In this document: piece by piece, positions 8,942 to 18,414 of the stretch
Layout: every line of letters starts with the position of its first letter
Position numbering within the stretch: the first letter of the stretch is position 1
DNA from: Ignavibacteriota bacterium
GTDB lineage: Bacteria > Bacteroidota > Ignavibacteria > Palsa-1295
Assembly (NCBI GenBank): GCA_963787835.1
Contig: CAWBEI010000003.1
Location: 224,001 to 288,000, forward strand
DNA length: 64,000 nt
Direction: 5' to 3'
Program-made: the position numbers and the translations under genes
The notes under the pieces: generated by a model
The model's input: only the letters and a program-made list of their open reading frames with translations
Databases searched by the model: none
What the model was told of the DNA's origin: nothing

Positions 8942-11026
8942 ATGCGTACACTTGCTAACTCATTCCGACTGCTCTTACCCTCAGCGGCGGTGCTTGCAGT
9001 AGTTCTCTTTGCCGCTCCTCAGGCCCAGGCGTCGAGCCATCGCGAAGCGCCACTGATCTCGAACGATCCCCTTGCGGATAACACGGATCTCTATGCCTTC
9101 GTATCTCCGGACGATCCGAATATGGTCACGATCATCGCGGACTACATCCCGTTTGAAGCTCCGCAAGGCGGACCGAACTTCGCAACGTTCGGGACAAACA
9201 TTCATTATGAAGTCCACATCAAAAATAATGCGATGACGGCAGGTGATGACATCACCTACCGGTTCACATTTTCCCAAACGAATCAGGATCCGACCACTTT
9301 CTTCAATATTCGTCTCGGAAAGCAAAATCTGATGACGACGTATGATTGCGAGAAATCAACCGATGGTGGAAACACCTGGACGACGATCGTGGCAAATGGA
9401 ACGGTTCCACCGCCGAACATCGGACCGCGTTCGATCGAGGGTGCTGCTGGACTTAATACGCCTTACGCGACCTTGATGCAAAATGCCGTTGCGAACGCTT
9501 CTGGCACTGGCGGCGAGACGATCTTTTGCGGACCGATCGATGACCCATTCTTTGTCGATTTAGGTGGAATCTTCGATCTAGGCGGATTTAATAAGCATGG
9601 CAAGGACGGTCTTGCCGGTTTCAACTGCCACACGATCGCGCTCAAAATTCCTATCTCTTCGCTTCAGAAAGATGGAAAGACTGTTTCGGAGGCTGCTAAT
9701 ATCTTAGACGGTAATTTCGTGATCGGCGTGTGGGCTTCTGCTTCGCGCATGAAATTCCGCACGATCAATGGTGATGGCACATACACCGATAGCGGTTCCT
9801 ATGTGCAGGTCAGCCGTCTTGGAATGCCACTTACGAACGAAGCCATCATTCCGATCGGAATGAAAGACAAGTGGAACTCTGGAACTCCCTATACCGATGC
9901 ATCCGGTGCCTACAATGCTAATTTCGTAAACCCGGAATTAGCACTCTATGTCGGAAATGGCGCGTATAGCGCTGCCGTTCCAGGACTTGCAAATCTTCGC
10001 CTCGATACCAATTCGCTCGGCGGAGGCTTCGATTTCCGAAATGGAAAGATAGGACTTTATGGCCTCTATGGTGCTGCGGCAACAAAGGGCACTGCCCTTG
10101 ATACTGCAAGTTTCGGGAAGATCCTTCTGGAACCAAATGCTCCCCGTTCGGTCGATCTACTGCCGATCTTCTACACCGGCGTGCCGAATATCGCGCCGTA
10201 TCAACTTGCAACCGGCAAAGCAGGTAATCCACTCGCAGCAGGTAAACCGTTCATCAATAATTTCCTGCCGACGCTCGGCGATATGCTGCGATTGAACATG
10301 GCCGTTCCCGCTACACCGCGAAACAGCCCTGATTTCAGCAGCGAAGGCCTCATTCAGGCGGCTGTGCTTGGCTTGACCGATTCACGCTTCAATGTGAATG
10401 CCACACTTCAGGATATTCCCAACATGGATGGGTTCCCGAACGGGCGACGCCTGGAAGACGATGTTACGACCATCGAAATGCAAGCCGTCGGCGGCCTGGT
10501 CTTGAATGCTATCGGCCTCTGGACGGACGATTATGTGCCCGGCTCATCGAAATCGCCGGTAACTCCATACCTTCTTGGCAAATTAGGCTGGGACGCCGGC
10601 GTAACGAAAAACGATGTACCGCTCCAAGCAACGTTTCCATACGTTGCCGCACCGCATCGTGGTTCGCTCGGACTAATGACCGATACTTCCACGATCGTCA
10701 TGGGAACTGCGGATGTTCACAATATCCCAGAGTCCATTGGTATTCATGCACCGGGCGGTCAGTTCACCGGTCAGAATTATCCGAATCCTGCGACAAGCCA
10801 ATCGACAACATTCCAATTCCATATCTCCGCCGTAGCTCCGGTGAGTGTAACGATCGTCGATGTCAATGGGATGCAGGTTGCGACGGCTTTCGCGCAACAG
10901 TGCACTCCTGGCGATTACACCTCCGCGTGGCAACTCCCACAAGGGCTTGCCTCCGGTGATTATTTTGCGGTGCTCTCGGTGGATGGGGAGCAAGTTTCGA
11001 CAATGCGATTTGTCGTAAACAAATAA
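8942..11026 (+). CDS. DUF4331 family protein with T9SS type-A sorting domain
   Basis: Signal peptide ending AQA, then 'SSHREAP...DNTDLYAF', 'DDPFFVDL', 'QVSRLGMPL.NE', 'GFPNGRRLEDDV', and CTD 'QNYPNP...SGDYF'. Confidence 0.9.
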   Translation: MRTLANSFRLLLPSAAVLAVVLFAAPQAQASSHREAPLISNDPLADNTDLYAFVSPDDPNMVTIIADYIPFEAPQGGPNFATFGTNIHYEVHIKNNAMTAGDDITYRFTFSQTNQDPTTFFNIRLGKQNLMTTYDCEKSTDGGNTWTTIVANGTVPPPNIGPRSIEGAAGLNTPYATLMQNAVANASGTGGETIFCGPIDDPFFVDLGGIFDLGGFNKHGKDGLAGFNCHTIALKIPISSLQKDGKTVSEAANILDGNFVIGVWASASRMKFRTINGDGTYTDSGSYVQVSRLGMPLTNEAIIPIGMKDKWNSGTPYTDASGAYNANFVNPELALYVGNGAYSAAVPGLANLRLDTNSLGGGFDFRNGKIGLYGLYGAAATKGTALDTASFGKILLEPNAPRSVDLLPIFYTGVPNIAPYQLATGKAGNPLAAGKPFINNFLPTLGDMLRLNMAVPATPRNSPDFSSEGLIQAAVLGLTDSRFNVNATLQDIPNMDGFPNGRRLEDDVTTIEMQAVGGLVLNAIGLWTDDYVPGSSKSPVTPYLLGKLGWDAGVTKNDVPLQATFPYVAAPHRGSLGLMTDTSTIVMGTADVHNIPESIGIHAPGGQFTGQNYPNPATSQSTTFQFHISAVAPVSVTIVDVNGMQVATAFAQQCTPGDYTSAWQLPQGLASGDYFAVLSVDGEQVSTMRFVVNK

Positions 11027-11115
11027 GATCCATCCTCTATCTCGCTTGGTTGCGCGTGGCATCTCGGATGCCACGCGCACCCTTCCGAAAAAATAACCAT
11101 ATCATTTTTATTGCA

Positions 11116-12456
11116 ATGAATCGTAGATCAATGCTCTGGATCGTTCCGATCGCAGTAGTAGCAATCGCTTCCATCGTGTTCCTTGCTTGGCCTTCTAAAA
11201 AAACGGCGCTTGCTATGCCGGATCTCCTGCCCCGACCTGGAGAAACAACCCCTTCTGCGGAATTCTTGAAAAGCGAGGCGGATGTAAAAAAATACCGCAT
11301 AGAGCTTGCTGAACATCCAGATAAAAGTGAGGATTATGTTAAGCTTGCCGAGATTTATTTGCAAGAGTCGCGGGTGACGGCGAATCACCATTTCTACATT
11401 CCAGTGGCTTCCGCGCTTCTCGACGAAACGCTTCGTCGGGACACGAATAATTTCGAGGCGCTCGTCACGAACGCGGGACTTCAAATGACGCTGCATCAAT
11501 TTCAGAAGGCCGATGACATGGTCACCAGCGCTATTCGTCAAAATCCGTATAACGCCACTTCGTATGGTGTGCTCTGCGATGCGAATGTTGAGCTTGGGAA
11601 TTATCATGAAGCGGTGACCGCATGTGACAGCATGATGTCCAAGCGCCCCGATCTCCGTTCCTACGCACGAGCATCGTATTTGCGTCAGCTTATGGGAAAG
11701 GACTCCTCGGCCATTCAGGCCATGCTGCTGGCCGCCGATGCCGGTCTTTCCGGAAGCGAGAGCCGATCCTGGGCGCTCTATCAGCTTGGTAACCTTTTTA
11801 TTCAAGCTGGCAAGTTCGACACGGCCGCGTTTATTTTCAATGGGATTTTAGAAGAGCGCCCTGGTTATGCCTATGCAAAGAGCGGACTTGCAATGATCCA
11901 CCTTGCGAAGGGCGAATATACGGATGCGATCCGCGAACTTGCATCGGCCATGCAGGCATTGCCGGAACATATTTTTCTCGAACAGCTTGCCGACGTTTAT
12001 ATCGCAATGGGAGATACCGCGAATGCGCGGACGTTAGAAACCAGGGTATTCGCCGCATTCGATCAGCATGAACAGGATGGCTGGAATGTCGATCGCGAAT
12101 ACGCGCAGTTTGCCGCCGACCATAATGTGCGATTGGGCGAAGCTGTCACTCGAGCAGAACGGGAATGGAAACGCCGCCCGAATAATGCGGATGCCATTGA
12201 AACATACGCGTGGTCGCTCTTGAAAAATGGCGATGCTCAAAAAGCGGAAACCATCATGGAGTTCGGATTGAAGTCCGGGATCGTCACACCGACGATGCAC
12301 TATCATGCAGCAGTTATTTATGCGTCGTTGGGCAGAACTGCCGAGGCTCAGGAAGAATGGCGATCCGCCATCCTTCGAGTGCCGTGTGTAAAACCGGCGC
12401 TGGTGCGTGACGCGAAATCGTTCCTGACGAACAGGGAACGCCTTTCCATGAACTAA
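11116..12456 (+). CDS. Membrane-anchored TPR protein (DUF4331-associated type)
   Basis: N-terminal hydrophobic anchor and multiple TPR motifs. Start set at ATG 11116. Confidence 0.8.
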   Translation: MNRRSMLWIVPIAVVAIASIVFLAWPSKKTALAMPDLLPRPGETTPSAEFLKSEADVKKYRIELAEHPDKSEDYVKLAEIYLQESRVTANHHFYIPVASALLDETLRRDTNNFEALVTNAGLQMTLHQFQKADDMVTSAIRQNPYNATSYGVLCDANVELGNYHEAVTACDSMMSKRPDLRSYARASYLRQLMGKDSSAIQAMLLAADAGLSGSESRSWALYQLGNLFIQAGKFDTAAFIFNGILEERPGYAYAKSGLAMIHLAKGEYTDAIRELASAMQALPEHIFLEQLADVYIAMGDTANARTLETRVFAAFDQHEQDGWNVDREYAQFAADHNVRLGEAVTRAEREWKRRPNNADAIETYAWSLLKNGDAQKAETIMEFGLKSGIVTPTMHYHAAVIYASLGRTAEAQEEWRSAILRVPCVKPALVRDAKSFLTNRERLSMN

Positions 12457-12467
12457 CGCGCATACCA

Positions 12468-12962
12468 ATGCTCTCGTTGATCTTTGCACGGATGTTTTTA
12501 CTATGTGCCTTTCATGCGGTGCACATTAGTTACGGTGATTTTTCCGTCACGCAAAATTCAGTGCATGACCGATCATCCGTGCTGAGTGGTAGTTTTACGT
12601 TTTACAAAGACGATTGGGCGAAGGCAACCGAGCATTGGTTCGGTCGATCGATGACAAACGAGCCGAAGGCAGTACAGGACTGGATGGAATCCGAATATCT
12701 CAAGGGGCATGTCCGCTTTTGGTTGGATGGCTACAGCACTCCGGTTCACTTCGATCTGCGGGTAAAAGAAGATGCGGCGCAATCGATCACTTACGAGTTT
12801 ACCGCTCCAGTTTCCTCCGATCATCATGTGGTCATCATAGATTCGCGCGCGGTGCTTTCTGAATATAGCGATCAGATGAATTTGATGACCGTGAAAGTTC
12901 GCGGCAAATCGACGAACATTATTTTTACAAGCGATCATACAACCTCAATCATAAAACTTTAA
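12468..12962 (+). CDS. DUF6702-like exported protein
   Basis: Short signal followed by 'FHAVHIS', C-terminal 'EYSDQMNL' motif, position before HupE/UreJ. Confidence 0.6.
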   Translation: MLSLIFARMFLLCAFHAVHISYGDFSVTQNSVHDRSSVLSGSFTFYKDDWAKATEHWFGRSMTNEPKAVQDWMESEYLKGHVRFWLDGYSTPVHFDLRVKEDAAQSITYEFTAPVSSDHHVVIIDSRAVLSEYSDQMNLMTVKVRGKSTNIIFTSDHTTSIIKL

Positions 12963-12967
12963 CGATC

Positions 12968-13525
12968 ATGTTCACACAATTTATCCAGATCGGGTTCCAG
13001 CATATTCTCGAGGGGTATGATCACTTGCTTTTTCTTACGGCACTTGTGCTCGTAAGCCGCCGTTGGCAGGATCTACTAAGTGTTATTTCCGCATTCACGA
13101 TCGCACATACAACGACGATCGTGCTGTGCGTGTTCGGCGTACTCTCGCTTCCGTCCCTTCTTACAGAATCACTTATTGCGGCCTCGATCGCTTATGCAGG
13201 AATTGAAAATATGTTTCGAAAAAATTTCGATACGCGTTGGGTGATCGCCGGAGCATTCGGGCTTATTCATGGCGCGGGGTTTTCCGGGCATCTTGTCAGT
13301 GTGTTACAACCGTTGCTTGGGACGGGCCAAGTATGGGGACCGATCTTCGGTTTTACCTTTGGCATCGAAATGGGGCAGCTTGCTGTGATCACGCTCATCT
13401 ATCCCGCAGTGATGCTGGCTCGTTATTTCGGGAGAGAGCGGGTTTTTGTGCGAGCATTCTCCGCGCTTATTGCGATGGCAGGTACCGCCCTTCTAATAAT
13501 GCGGCTCTCCGGCTCTTCTTTGTGA
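12968..13525 (+). CDS. HupE/UreJ family membrane protein (putative Ni/Co permease)
   Basis: 'GFQHILEGYDHLLF', 'AFTIAHT', 'FGLIHGAGF', 'GIEMGQL' motifs. Confidence 0.9.
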   Translation: MFTQFIQIGFQHILEGYDHLLFLTALVLVSRRWQDLLSVISAFTIAHTTTIVLCVFGVLSLPSLLTESLIAASIAYAGIENMFRKNFDTRWVIAGAFGLIHGAGFSGHLVSVLQPLLGTGQVWGPIFGFTFGIEMGQLAVITLIYPAVMLARYFGRERVFVRAFSALIAMAGTALLIMRLSGSSL

Positions 13526-13534
13526 TCGGATCGA

Positions 13535-13562
13535 ACATCCATTCGACGCAATGGGCTGTATA
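13535..13562 (+). promoter_or_regulatory. Putative ECF promoter ACATCC-N16-TGTATA upstream of the TonB-dependent receptor
   Basis: Third copy of the motif, within a 48-bp intergenic gap. Confidence 0.6.
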
Positions 13563-13573
13563 ACATTCGTCAC

Positions 13574-15631
13574 ATGATACGAATGTTAATCCTCCGAACC
13601 TCCTTCGCAGCTCTATTCATTTCCGCGGCTCTTTCAGGGTTATGGAATCCGGCACACGCCCAATCCAAAGTAGACACGATCCATGAAAAGGAGCAAGTAG
13701 TCACCGTCACCGCAGAGCGCCCGCTTTCTGCGGCCTCGGACAAAAGTTTCCGCGATTCTGATTTTGAGCTTCGACCACGTAACTCCGCGCAAGATATGCT
13801 CCGGCTCGTTCCGGGACTGGTGCTTGCACAGCATGCGGGCGGCGGAAAAGCGGAACAGATCTTTTTGCGCGGATTCGATGCCGATCACGGAACCGACGTG
13901 AATATCTCCGTTGACGACGTTCCAGTTAATATGCTTAGTCATGGACATGGGCAAGGTTATGCCGATCTTCATTTTATCATACCAGAAACGATCCAGGAAG
14001 TAGATGTGGTCAAAGGTCCGTATTCTCCTCGCTATGGCGATCTTGCAACGGCAGGGGTGATTGCCTTCCAAACGAAAGATTCGCTCAAATATAACGAGTT
14101 GAAACTTGAAGGTGGGTCCTTCGATGAATATCGAGCGCTCGCGCTCATCAAAGGCCCATCTTCACAAACGATCCAATCCTATTTTGGCACCGATCTATTC
14201 TATACGCGAGGACCGTTCGACGTTGCCCAGGATTTTCATCGTCTTAATCTGTTCGCAAAGACCGATGCTGCGCTCAGCGACGATGCAAAACTTTCCGCGA
14301 GTCTTTTTTCTTTTAGTTCCTCCTGGAATGCGAATGGCCAGATTCCGGAGCGCGCCGTCGCAGATGGCCTCATCGACCGTTTCGGTTCGCTCGATTCAAC
14401 AGAAGGCGGCGCAACATCACGCACCACCGCCAACATCACATACACATCAGGAGGAGAATCCCCTCTGACACTTACCGCCTCTTACACCGATTATCATTTT
14501 CGGCTGTTTAGCGATTTTACTTTTTATCTTGTTGATACCACTCAAGGAGACGAAGTGGAACAGACAGATTCACGCACCCTGCTTGCGTTTCGGGGGGAAC
14601 GAACACTTCCCTGGATCTTAGGCGACGCCATCATGAATACAAAGATCGGTGTCAGCACACGAAGCGATGATATTCAAGCTGCCATCTATCATGATTCTGC
14701 GCGCGTCCGACTCAACAATGTAGTAGATGCGGCCATTCAGGAGCGGGAAACAGGGCCATATATTCAGCAGGAGATCGGGCTTGGATGGATTCAATTCATT
14801 CTTGGGCTTCGCGCAGACTATGCAACGGTCGATGTACAGAATTTGCTAAATTCCGGCGCACAGCCAAACGGTATCAACCAGCAGATCATCCTTTCGCCGA
14901 AAGCGAATGCAAGCATTCCAATAAGCAATGACGCCACAGCATTTCTGAATTTTGGCTATGGGTTTCATTCCAACGACGCGCGTGCCATTGTGCAATCTCC
15001 GGGAATTCCGACCTTACCGCGAGCGCTTGGCAGCGAGATCGGTTTACGGTATGGCGAACCTTCGGAATTCTTTTCCTGCTCATCCTCGCTATGGTATCTT
15101 TACCTTCAAAGCGAACTTGTCTGGGACGGCGATGAAGGAACACTTATTGCACAAGGAAGTACACGTAGGGAAGGCATCGATCTCGAAGCACGCATTCGTC
15201 CAACAGAATGGCTCACGTTCGGGGGGGATGCAACGATTTCCGAGGGGCGGTTCGTCGATTCTGCAGTTGGCAATAATTACATTCCTCTTGCACCAAATTT
15301 TACGCTTACGGGAAATGCCGTCGCCAAGTGGGATGATTTTTCCGCTGCCTTGCGCTTGAGACACGTCGGCGACCGACCTGCCAATACCGACAATTCTATT
15401 GTTGCAAAGGGGTATTCGATTTTCGATCTTTCACTCACCTATCATACAGGGCCCTATGAATTGTACGCAAACGTCGAGAACGTATTCAACACAGTTTGGA
15501 ACGAGGCTCAATTCGCGACCGTAAGCCGTATTTATGTTCACGGCGTGCTTGAGGCAAATCCGGTGGATGATCTCAGCTTTACGGCTGGAACCCCAATCTC
15601 CGTAAGGACAGGAATCGCCTTTAGTTTTTGA
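13574..15631 (+). CDS. TonB-dependent receptor with His-rich plug
   Basis: TonB-box-like 'VTVTA', plug 'QHAGGGKAEQIFLRGFDADHG...SHGHGQGYADLHF', 'VVKGPYS..YG', C-terminal Phe. Confidence 0.92.
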   Translation: MIRMLILRTSFAALFISAALSGLWNPAHAQSKVDTIHEKEQVVTVTAERPLSAASDKSFRDSDFELRPRNSAQDMLRLVPGLVLAQHAGGGKAEQIFLRGFDADHGTDVNISVDDVPVNMLSHGHGQGYADLHFIIPETIQEVDVVKGPYSPRYGDLATAGVIAFQTKDSLKYNELKLEGGSFDEYRALALIKGPSSQTIQSYFGTDLFYTRGPFDVAQDFHRLNLFAKTDAALSDDAKLSASLFSFSSSWNANGQIPERAVADGLIDRFGSLDSTEGGATSRTTANITYTSGGESPLTLTASYTDYHFRLFSDFTFYLVDTTQGDEVEQTDSRTLLAFRGERTLPWILGDAIMNTKIGVSTRSDDIQAAIYHDSARVRLNNVVDAAIQERETGPYIQQEIGLGWIQFILGLRADYATVDVQNLLNSGAQPNGINQQIILSPKANASIPISNDATAFLNFGYGFHSNDARAIVQSPGIPTLPRALGSEIGLRYGEPSEFFSCSSSLWYLYLQSELVWDGDEGTLIAQGSTRREGIDLEARIRPTEWLTFGGDATISEGRFVDSAVGNNYIPLAPNFTLTGNAVAKWDDFSAALRLRHVGDRPANTDNSIVAKGYSIFDLSLTYHTGPYELYANVENVFNTVWNEAQFATVSRIYVHGVLEANPVDDLSFTAGTPISVRTGIAFSF

Positions 15632-15749
15632 CGAGGTGTTGGAGAACCATTAATTAATTCTTTCCAATATGTGGTCTGCATGGGCAAATCGGTAGACCAT
15701 TTTTATCCCCACAATCCCGAGATGAGCAAAAGCATTGACTCGACAGAAT

Positions 15750-15826
15750 TTGTTGCCACATTGTTGCCAAACAAATTAAATTAGAAAATTTTGAAAGGCA
15801 ATAAATCATTGATATTGAATGACTTA
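15750..15826. repeat. Direct repeat TTGTTGCCA x2 and imperfect palindrome TAAATCATT-N7-AATGACTTA at the tRNA 3' end (att-site-like)
   Basis: Direct repeats at 15750-15758 and 15761-15769; inverted repeat at 15802-15826. Confidence 0.55.
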
Positions 15827-15839
15827 CGGCGATTTTCTG

Positions 15840-15921
15840 CGGAGGACCCGGGATTCGAACTCGGAAGCCCTTGCGGGCGGCAGTTTTCAAGACTGCTGCA
15901 GTACCATTGTGCCAGTCCTCC
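15840..15921 (-). tRNA. tRNA-Ser(UGA)
   Basis: GGAGGAC/GTCCTCC acceptor stem, anticodon arm GCAGT-CTTGAAA-ACTGC, long variable arm, TTCGAAT T-loop, G discriminator. CCA is not encoded. Confidence 0.95.
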
Positions 15922-16021
15922 ATTCTGCGGGTCGGTAACGCCTAAGCCGGCGTGGGAGTGCCAAACGGCAAGTGTAATTGAGGAGTTTGGAATCAAAGCG
16001 GGCAAAATTTCGATAAAAGAG

Positions 16022-16029
16022 TATCTTTG
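16022..16029 (+). promoter_or_regulatory. Bacteroidota-type -7 promoter box (TATCTTTG) upstream of pckA
   Basis: Matches TAnnTTTG; similar boxes at 17780, 31361 and 47087. Confidence 0.45.
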
Positions 16030-16066
16030 TAGCTACAACGGGCCTTGTGCCCCTTAATTTTACATT

Positions 16067-17686
16067 ATGAATACTCCTGAAACTCACGCAGCAGACGTCC
16101 AATCAGCCCAGAGCCTCCTCCATAAGAATCTTTCCGACCATGGTGTTTCTCATAGCCAGATCAATTTTAATTTAGGCACGGAAGAGCTTTATGCCGAAGC
16201 GCTTTCGCGTGGCGAGGGGCAGCTTGCTGCTAACGAAGCACTCGTCGTCTCGACCGGAAAATTTACTGGCCGCTCGCCGAAAGATAAGTTTATCGTCGAA
16301 AATGCACCGAGCAAATCCAATGTCTGGTGGGGCAAAACCAATCAGCCGATAAGCGAGGAGAATTTCGAGCGGCTGTATCAGAAAATGGTGAAAGCGATGA
16401 ACGAAAAAGAACTTTTCGTCGCCGATCTTTTCGCTGGCGCGGAAAAGAAATACCAGCTTCCGCTTCGTGTAATAAATGAGTATGCGTGGCATAATCTTTT
16501 CTGTCACGATCTTTTCATCCGCCCCGCGCAGGCCGAGCTTGCCGAGCATCGCCCGCAATTCACGATCATCGCGCTGCCAAGCGTGAAGGCCGATCCTGCA
16601 ACGGACGGTACCAACTCAGAGACGTTCATTCTGCTCAATTTCGAGCGCGGACTTATTCTCATCGGTGGAACGGAATACTCCGGCGAGATGAAAAAAGGGA
16701 TTTTTACCACACTAAATTATATGCTTCCGCTCAAGGGAGTGATGTCTATGCACTGCTCTGCAAATATAGGTGAAGCAGGTGATGTGGCACTCTTCTTTGG
16801 TCTTTCCGGCACCGGCAAAACGACACTTTCCGCAGATCCAAAACGACGCCTCATCGGTGATGATGAACATGGATGGTCGGATAACGGTGTGTTCAACTTC
16901 GAAGGCGGATGCTACGCGAAGTGCATCAAACTTTCGAAAGAGCAGGAACCACAAATCTGGAATGCGATCAAGCGCGGCGCTGTGCTCGAAAATGTTGTGC
17001 TCGATGCCAACCGTGTCCCGGATTACAACGACACCTCGAAAACGGAGAACACGCGCTGCGCCTACCCATTGGATTTCATCGAGAATTCCGTCGAGCCTTC
17101 TGTGGGTGGGCATCCGAAAAATATTATTTTCCTCACAGCAGATGCATTCGGCGTACTTCCGCCGATCTCAAAGCTTACCAAAGAGCAAGCGATGTATCAT
17201 TTTATCTCTGGATATACAGCAAAGGTCGCTGGCACCGAACGTGGCGTGACCGAACCGGAGCCGAATTTCTCCACATGCTTCGGCGCACCCTTTATGGTGC
17301 ATCATCCGAATGTGTATGCCGGTCTGCTTGGAAAGAAGATCGAGGAGCACAATGTCCGTTGCTGGCTTGTCAATACCGGATGGACGGGCGGACCGTATGG
17401 CGTGGGTAAACGCATGCACTTGCCTTACACGCGCGCGATGGTCGAGCAAGCGCTGGCTGGCAATCTCGATAATGTAAAGACGGTAAAAGATCCAATTTTC
17501 GGCATGGAAATTCCGCAGCAAGTTCCCGGAGTGCCGGATGAAGTGCTCAACCCGCGAAATACGTGGGCCGACAAATCGGCCTACGATAAGCAAGCTGCTG
17601 ATCTAGCCCGCCGCTTCGTGGAAAACTTCAAGAAATATGAAGAAGGGACAAGCGAGGCCATCAAGAATGCTGCCCCAAAGGCGTAA
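16067..17686 (+). CDS. pckA: Phosphoenolpyruvate carboxykinase (ATP)
   Basis: 'TGRSPKDK', '[13 protein letters not shown]', 'LIGDDEHGW', 'NFEGGCYAK'. Confidence 0.98.
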   Translation: MNTPETHAADVQSAQSLLHKNLSDHGVSHSQINFNLGTEELYAEALSRGEGQLAANEALVVSTGKFTGRSPKDKFIVENAPSKSNVWWGKTNQPISEENFERLYQKMVKAMNEKELFVADLFAGAEKKYQLPLRVINEYAWHNLFCHDLFIRPAQAELAEHRPQFTIIALPSVKADPATDGTNSETFILLNFERGLILIGGTEYSGEMKKGIFTTLNYMLPLKGVMSMHCSANIGEAGDVALFFGLSGTGKTTLSADPKRRLIGDDEHGWSDNGVFNFEGGCYAKCIKLSKEQEPQIWNAIKRGAVLENVVLDANRVPDYNDTSKTENTRCAYPLDFIENSVEPSVGGHPKNIIFLTADAFGVLPPISKLTKEQAMYHFISGYTAKVAGTERGVTEPEPNFSTCFGAPFMVHHPNVYAGLLGKKIEEHNVRCWLVNTGWTGGPYGVGKRMHLPYTRAMVEQALAGNLDNVKTVKDPIFGMEIPQQVPGVPDEVLNPRNTWADKSAYDKQAADLARRFVENFKKYEEGTSEAIKNAAPKA

Positions 17687-17741
17687 TACTTCCGCCAAAA
17701 CTCTGAAGCGAAACAGAAGCTCAAAATTCTAATTTTTTTGG

Positions 17742-17777
17742 ATCATCCCGGATTTTTTAGTCCGGGATGATTTTTTT
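17742..17777 (+). terminator. Intrinsic terminator after pckA
   Basis: ATCATCCCGGA...TCCGGGATGAT followed by a T run. Confidence 0.85.
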
Positions 17778-17779
17778 CG

Positions 17780-17787
17780 TATTTTTG
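17780..17787 (+). promoter_or_regulatory. TAnnTTTG -7 promoter box upstream of the DUF4199 gene
   Basis: CG-TATTTTTG immediately after the terminator. Confidence 0.45.
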
Positions 17788-17831
17788 AACGAGAGATGAG
17801 TGTGTTGTAAAAGCTCATCTCACATAACACT

Positions 17832-18350
17832 ATGGTAACAGCTATTCTTTTTGGCCTTTATTCTGCTGGCGTTGCGATCGTGGTCACCTTAATTGGGTAC
17901 TTTACGGGCATGTACAAAACTGACGCCATGAATTGGCTTCCATGGGTAGGCGTCCCGTTCTTCATCCTCTTTATTTGGATGGCTATGAATGAGCGAAAGC
18001 GAGAGGATTTCGGAGGTGAGATTTCCTACGGTCAGGCATTCATCACCGGCTTGCTCGTCGGGGTTTTTGCAGGGATAGCCATGGGAATTTTCATGTATAT
18101 TTATGCAACCTCTATCAATCCTGGAATGATGGATATGGTCACTCAAAAGCAAGTTGCAGCGATGCGGGCGCAGAACATGTCCTCCGATCAAATTCAAAAA
18201 GCCCAATCGTACATGAAGATGTTTACATCACCCACTGCGATGTTGATCACGACGTTTATTGGGGATGTTATTATGGCAACGATCTTTTCGCTCATTGTCG
18301 CCATTTTTGTAAGGTCGAAAGAAGGCGAATCCGAAATCAAGACCGTTTAA
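17832..18350 (+). CDS. DUF4199 family membrane protein
   Basis: 4 TM helices with 'GGEISYGQAFITG' motif. Confidence 0.8.
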   Translation: MVTAILFGLYSAGVAIVVTLIGYFTGMYKTDAMNWLPWVGVPFFILFIWMAMNERKREDFGGEISYGQAFITGLLVGVFAGIAMGIFMYIYATSINPGMMDMVTQKQVAAMRAQNMSSDQIQKAQSYMKMFTSPTAMLITTFIGDVIMATIFSLIVAIFVRSKEGESEIKTV

Positions 18351-18414
18351 CGAAAAAATTTAGCCTCCTGCAATTTCGGCGCAAACGAAAGTTTGCATAT
18401 CATGTTCTTCTCGC

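Noticed and set aside
15840-15921. tRNA with 'TGA' in the loop as a possible selenocysteine or opal-suppressor tRNA
   Set aside because: The anticodon is UGA, which reads UCA (Ser); tRNA-Sec has anticodon UCA. The 7-bp acceptor stem is ordinary. One A-C mismatch in the T-stem is minor.
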